A stretch of DNA of 63,187 bases, the filler included, from Octopus bimaculoides (lineage: Eukaryota): NCBI RefSeq assembly GCF_001194135.2. It is 7 parts of 7 records of this genome, joined end to end, with 100 filler letters (N's around TTAATTAATTAA, not from the genome) between each part and the next. Parts side by side here need not be neighbours in the genome. Positions count along the whole stretch, not along the records: positions 55,195 to 63,187 come from NC_068994.1; 6 more parts are not named here. One strand, given 5' to 3'. Under the pieces are notes generated by a model, which saw only the letters and a program-made list of their open reading frames with translations, did not search any database and was not told where the DNA came from. Within the stretch, counting starts at the first letter, position 1. Each line of letters opens with the position of its first letter. Positions 63,155 to 63,187 of this stretch are shown here, in pieces. Position numbers and translations under genes: made by a program.

Positions 63155-63187
<33 letters not shown>

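Overview
AT-rich, microsatellite-dense animal genomic DNA from a gapped draft assembly. About a fifth is N, and six gaps contain an artificial TTAATTAATTAA spacer. The repeat families suggest a coleoid cephalopod, most likely Octopus (inference from recognition, not tested). Almost all long entries in the ORF track are gap or microsatellite artefacts. One protein-coding exon is well supported: a 72-nt phase 2-2 leucine-rich-repeat exon at 61988-62059 (+) that matches the second LRR domain of Slit. A weaker three-exon model on the minus strand (48485-48461, 37471-37376, 32509-32196) splices in frame into a signal peptide followed by an Ig-like start. The rest is intron or intergenic DNA containing at least four tRNA-derived or RTE-tailed SINE families, decayed LINEs (RTE-BovB, L1/Tx1, R4/Dong-like ends), a Penelope-like element, two DD37D (maT) transposase relics, and hAT-, mariner-, piggyBac- and Kolobok-like MITEs. 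The most interesting signals are: a minimal type I hammerhead ribozyme motif with a palindromic stem III (30416-30462); a second, permuted hammerhead-like motif (8751-8824, minus); the cryptic secreted-protein gene model; and an apparent CpG-decay contrast between the first 28 kb and the rest. No prokaryotic features, CRISPR arrays or rRNA were seen. Repeat boundaries are approximate (about 10-20 bp) unless TSDs are quoted.
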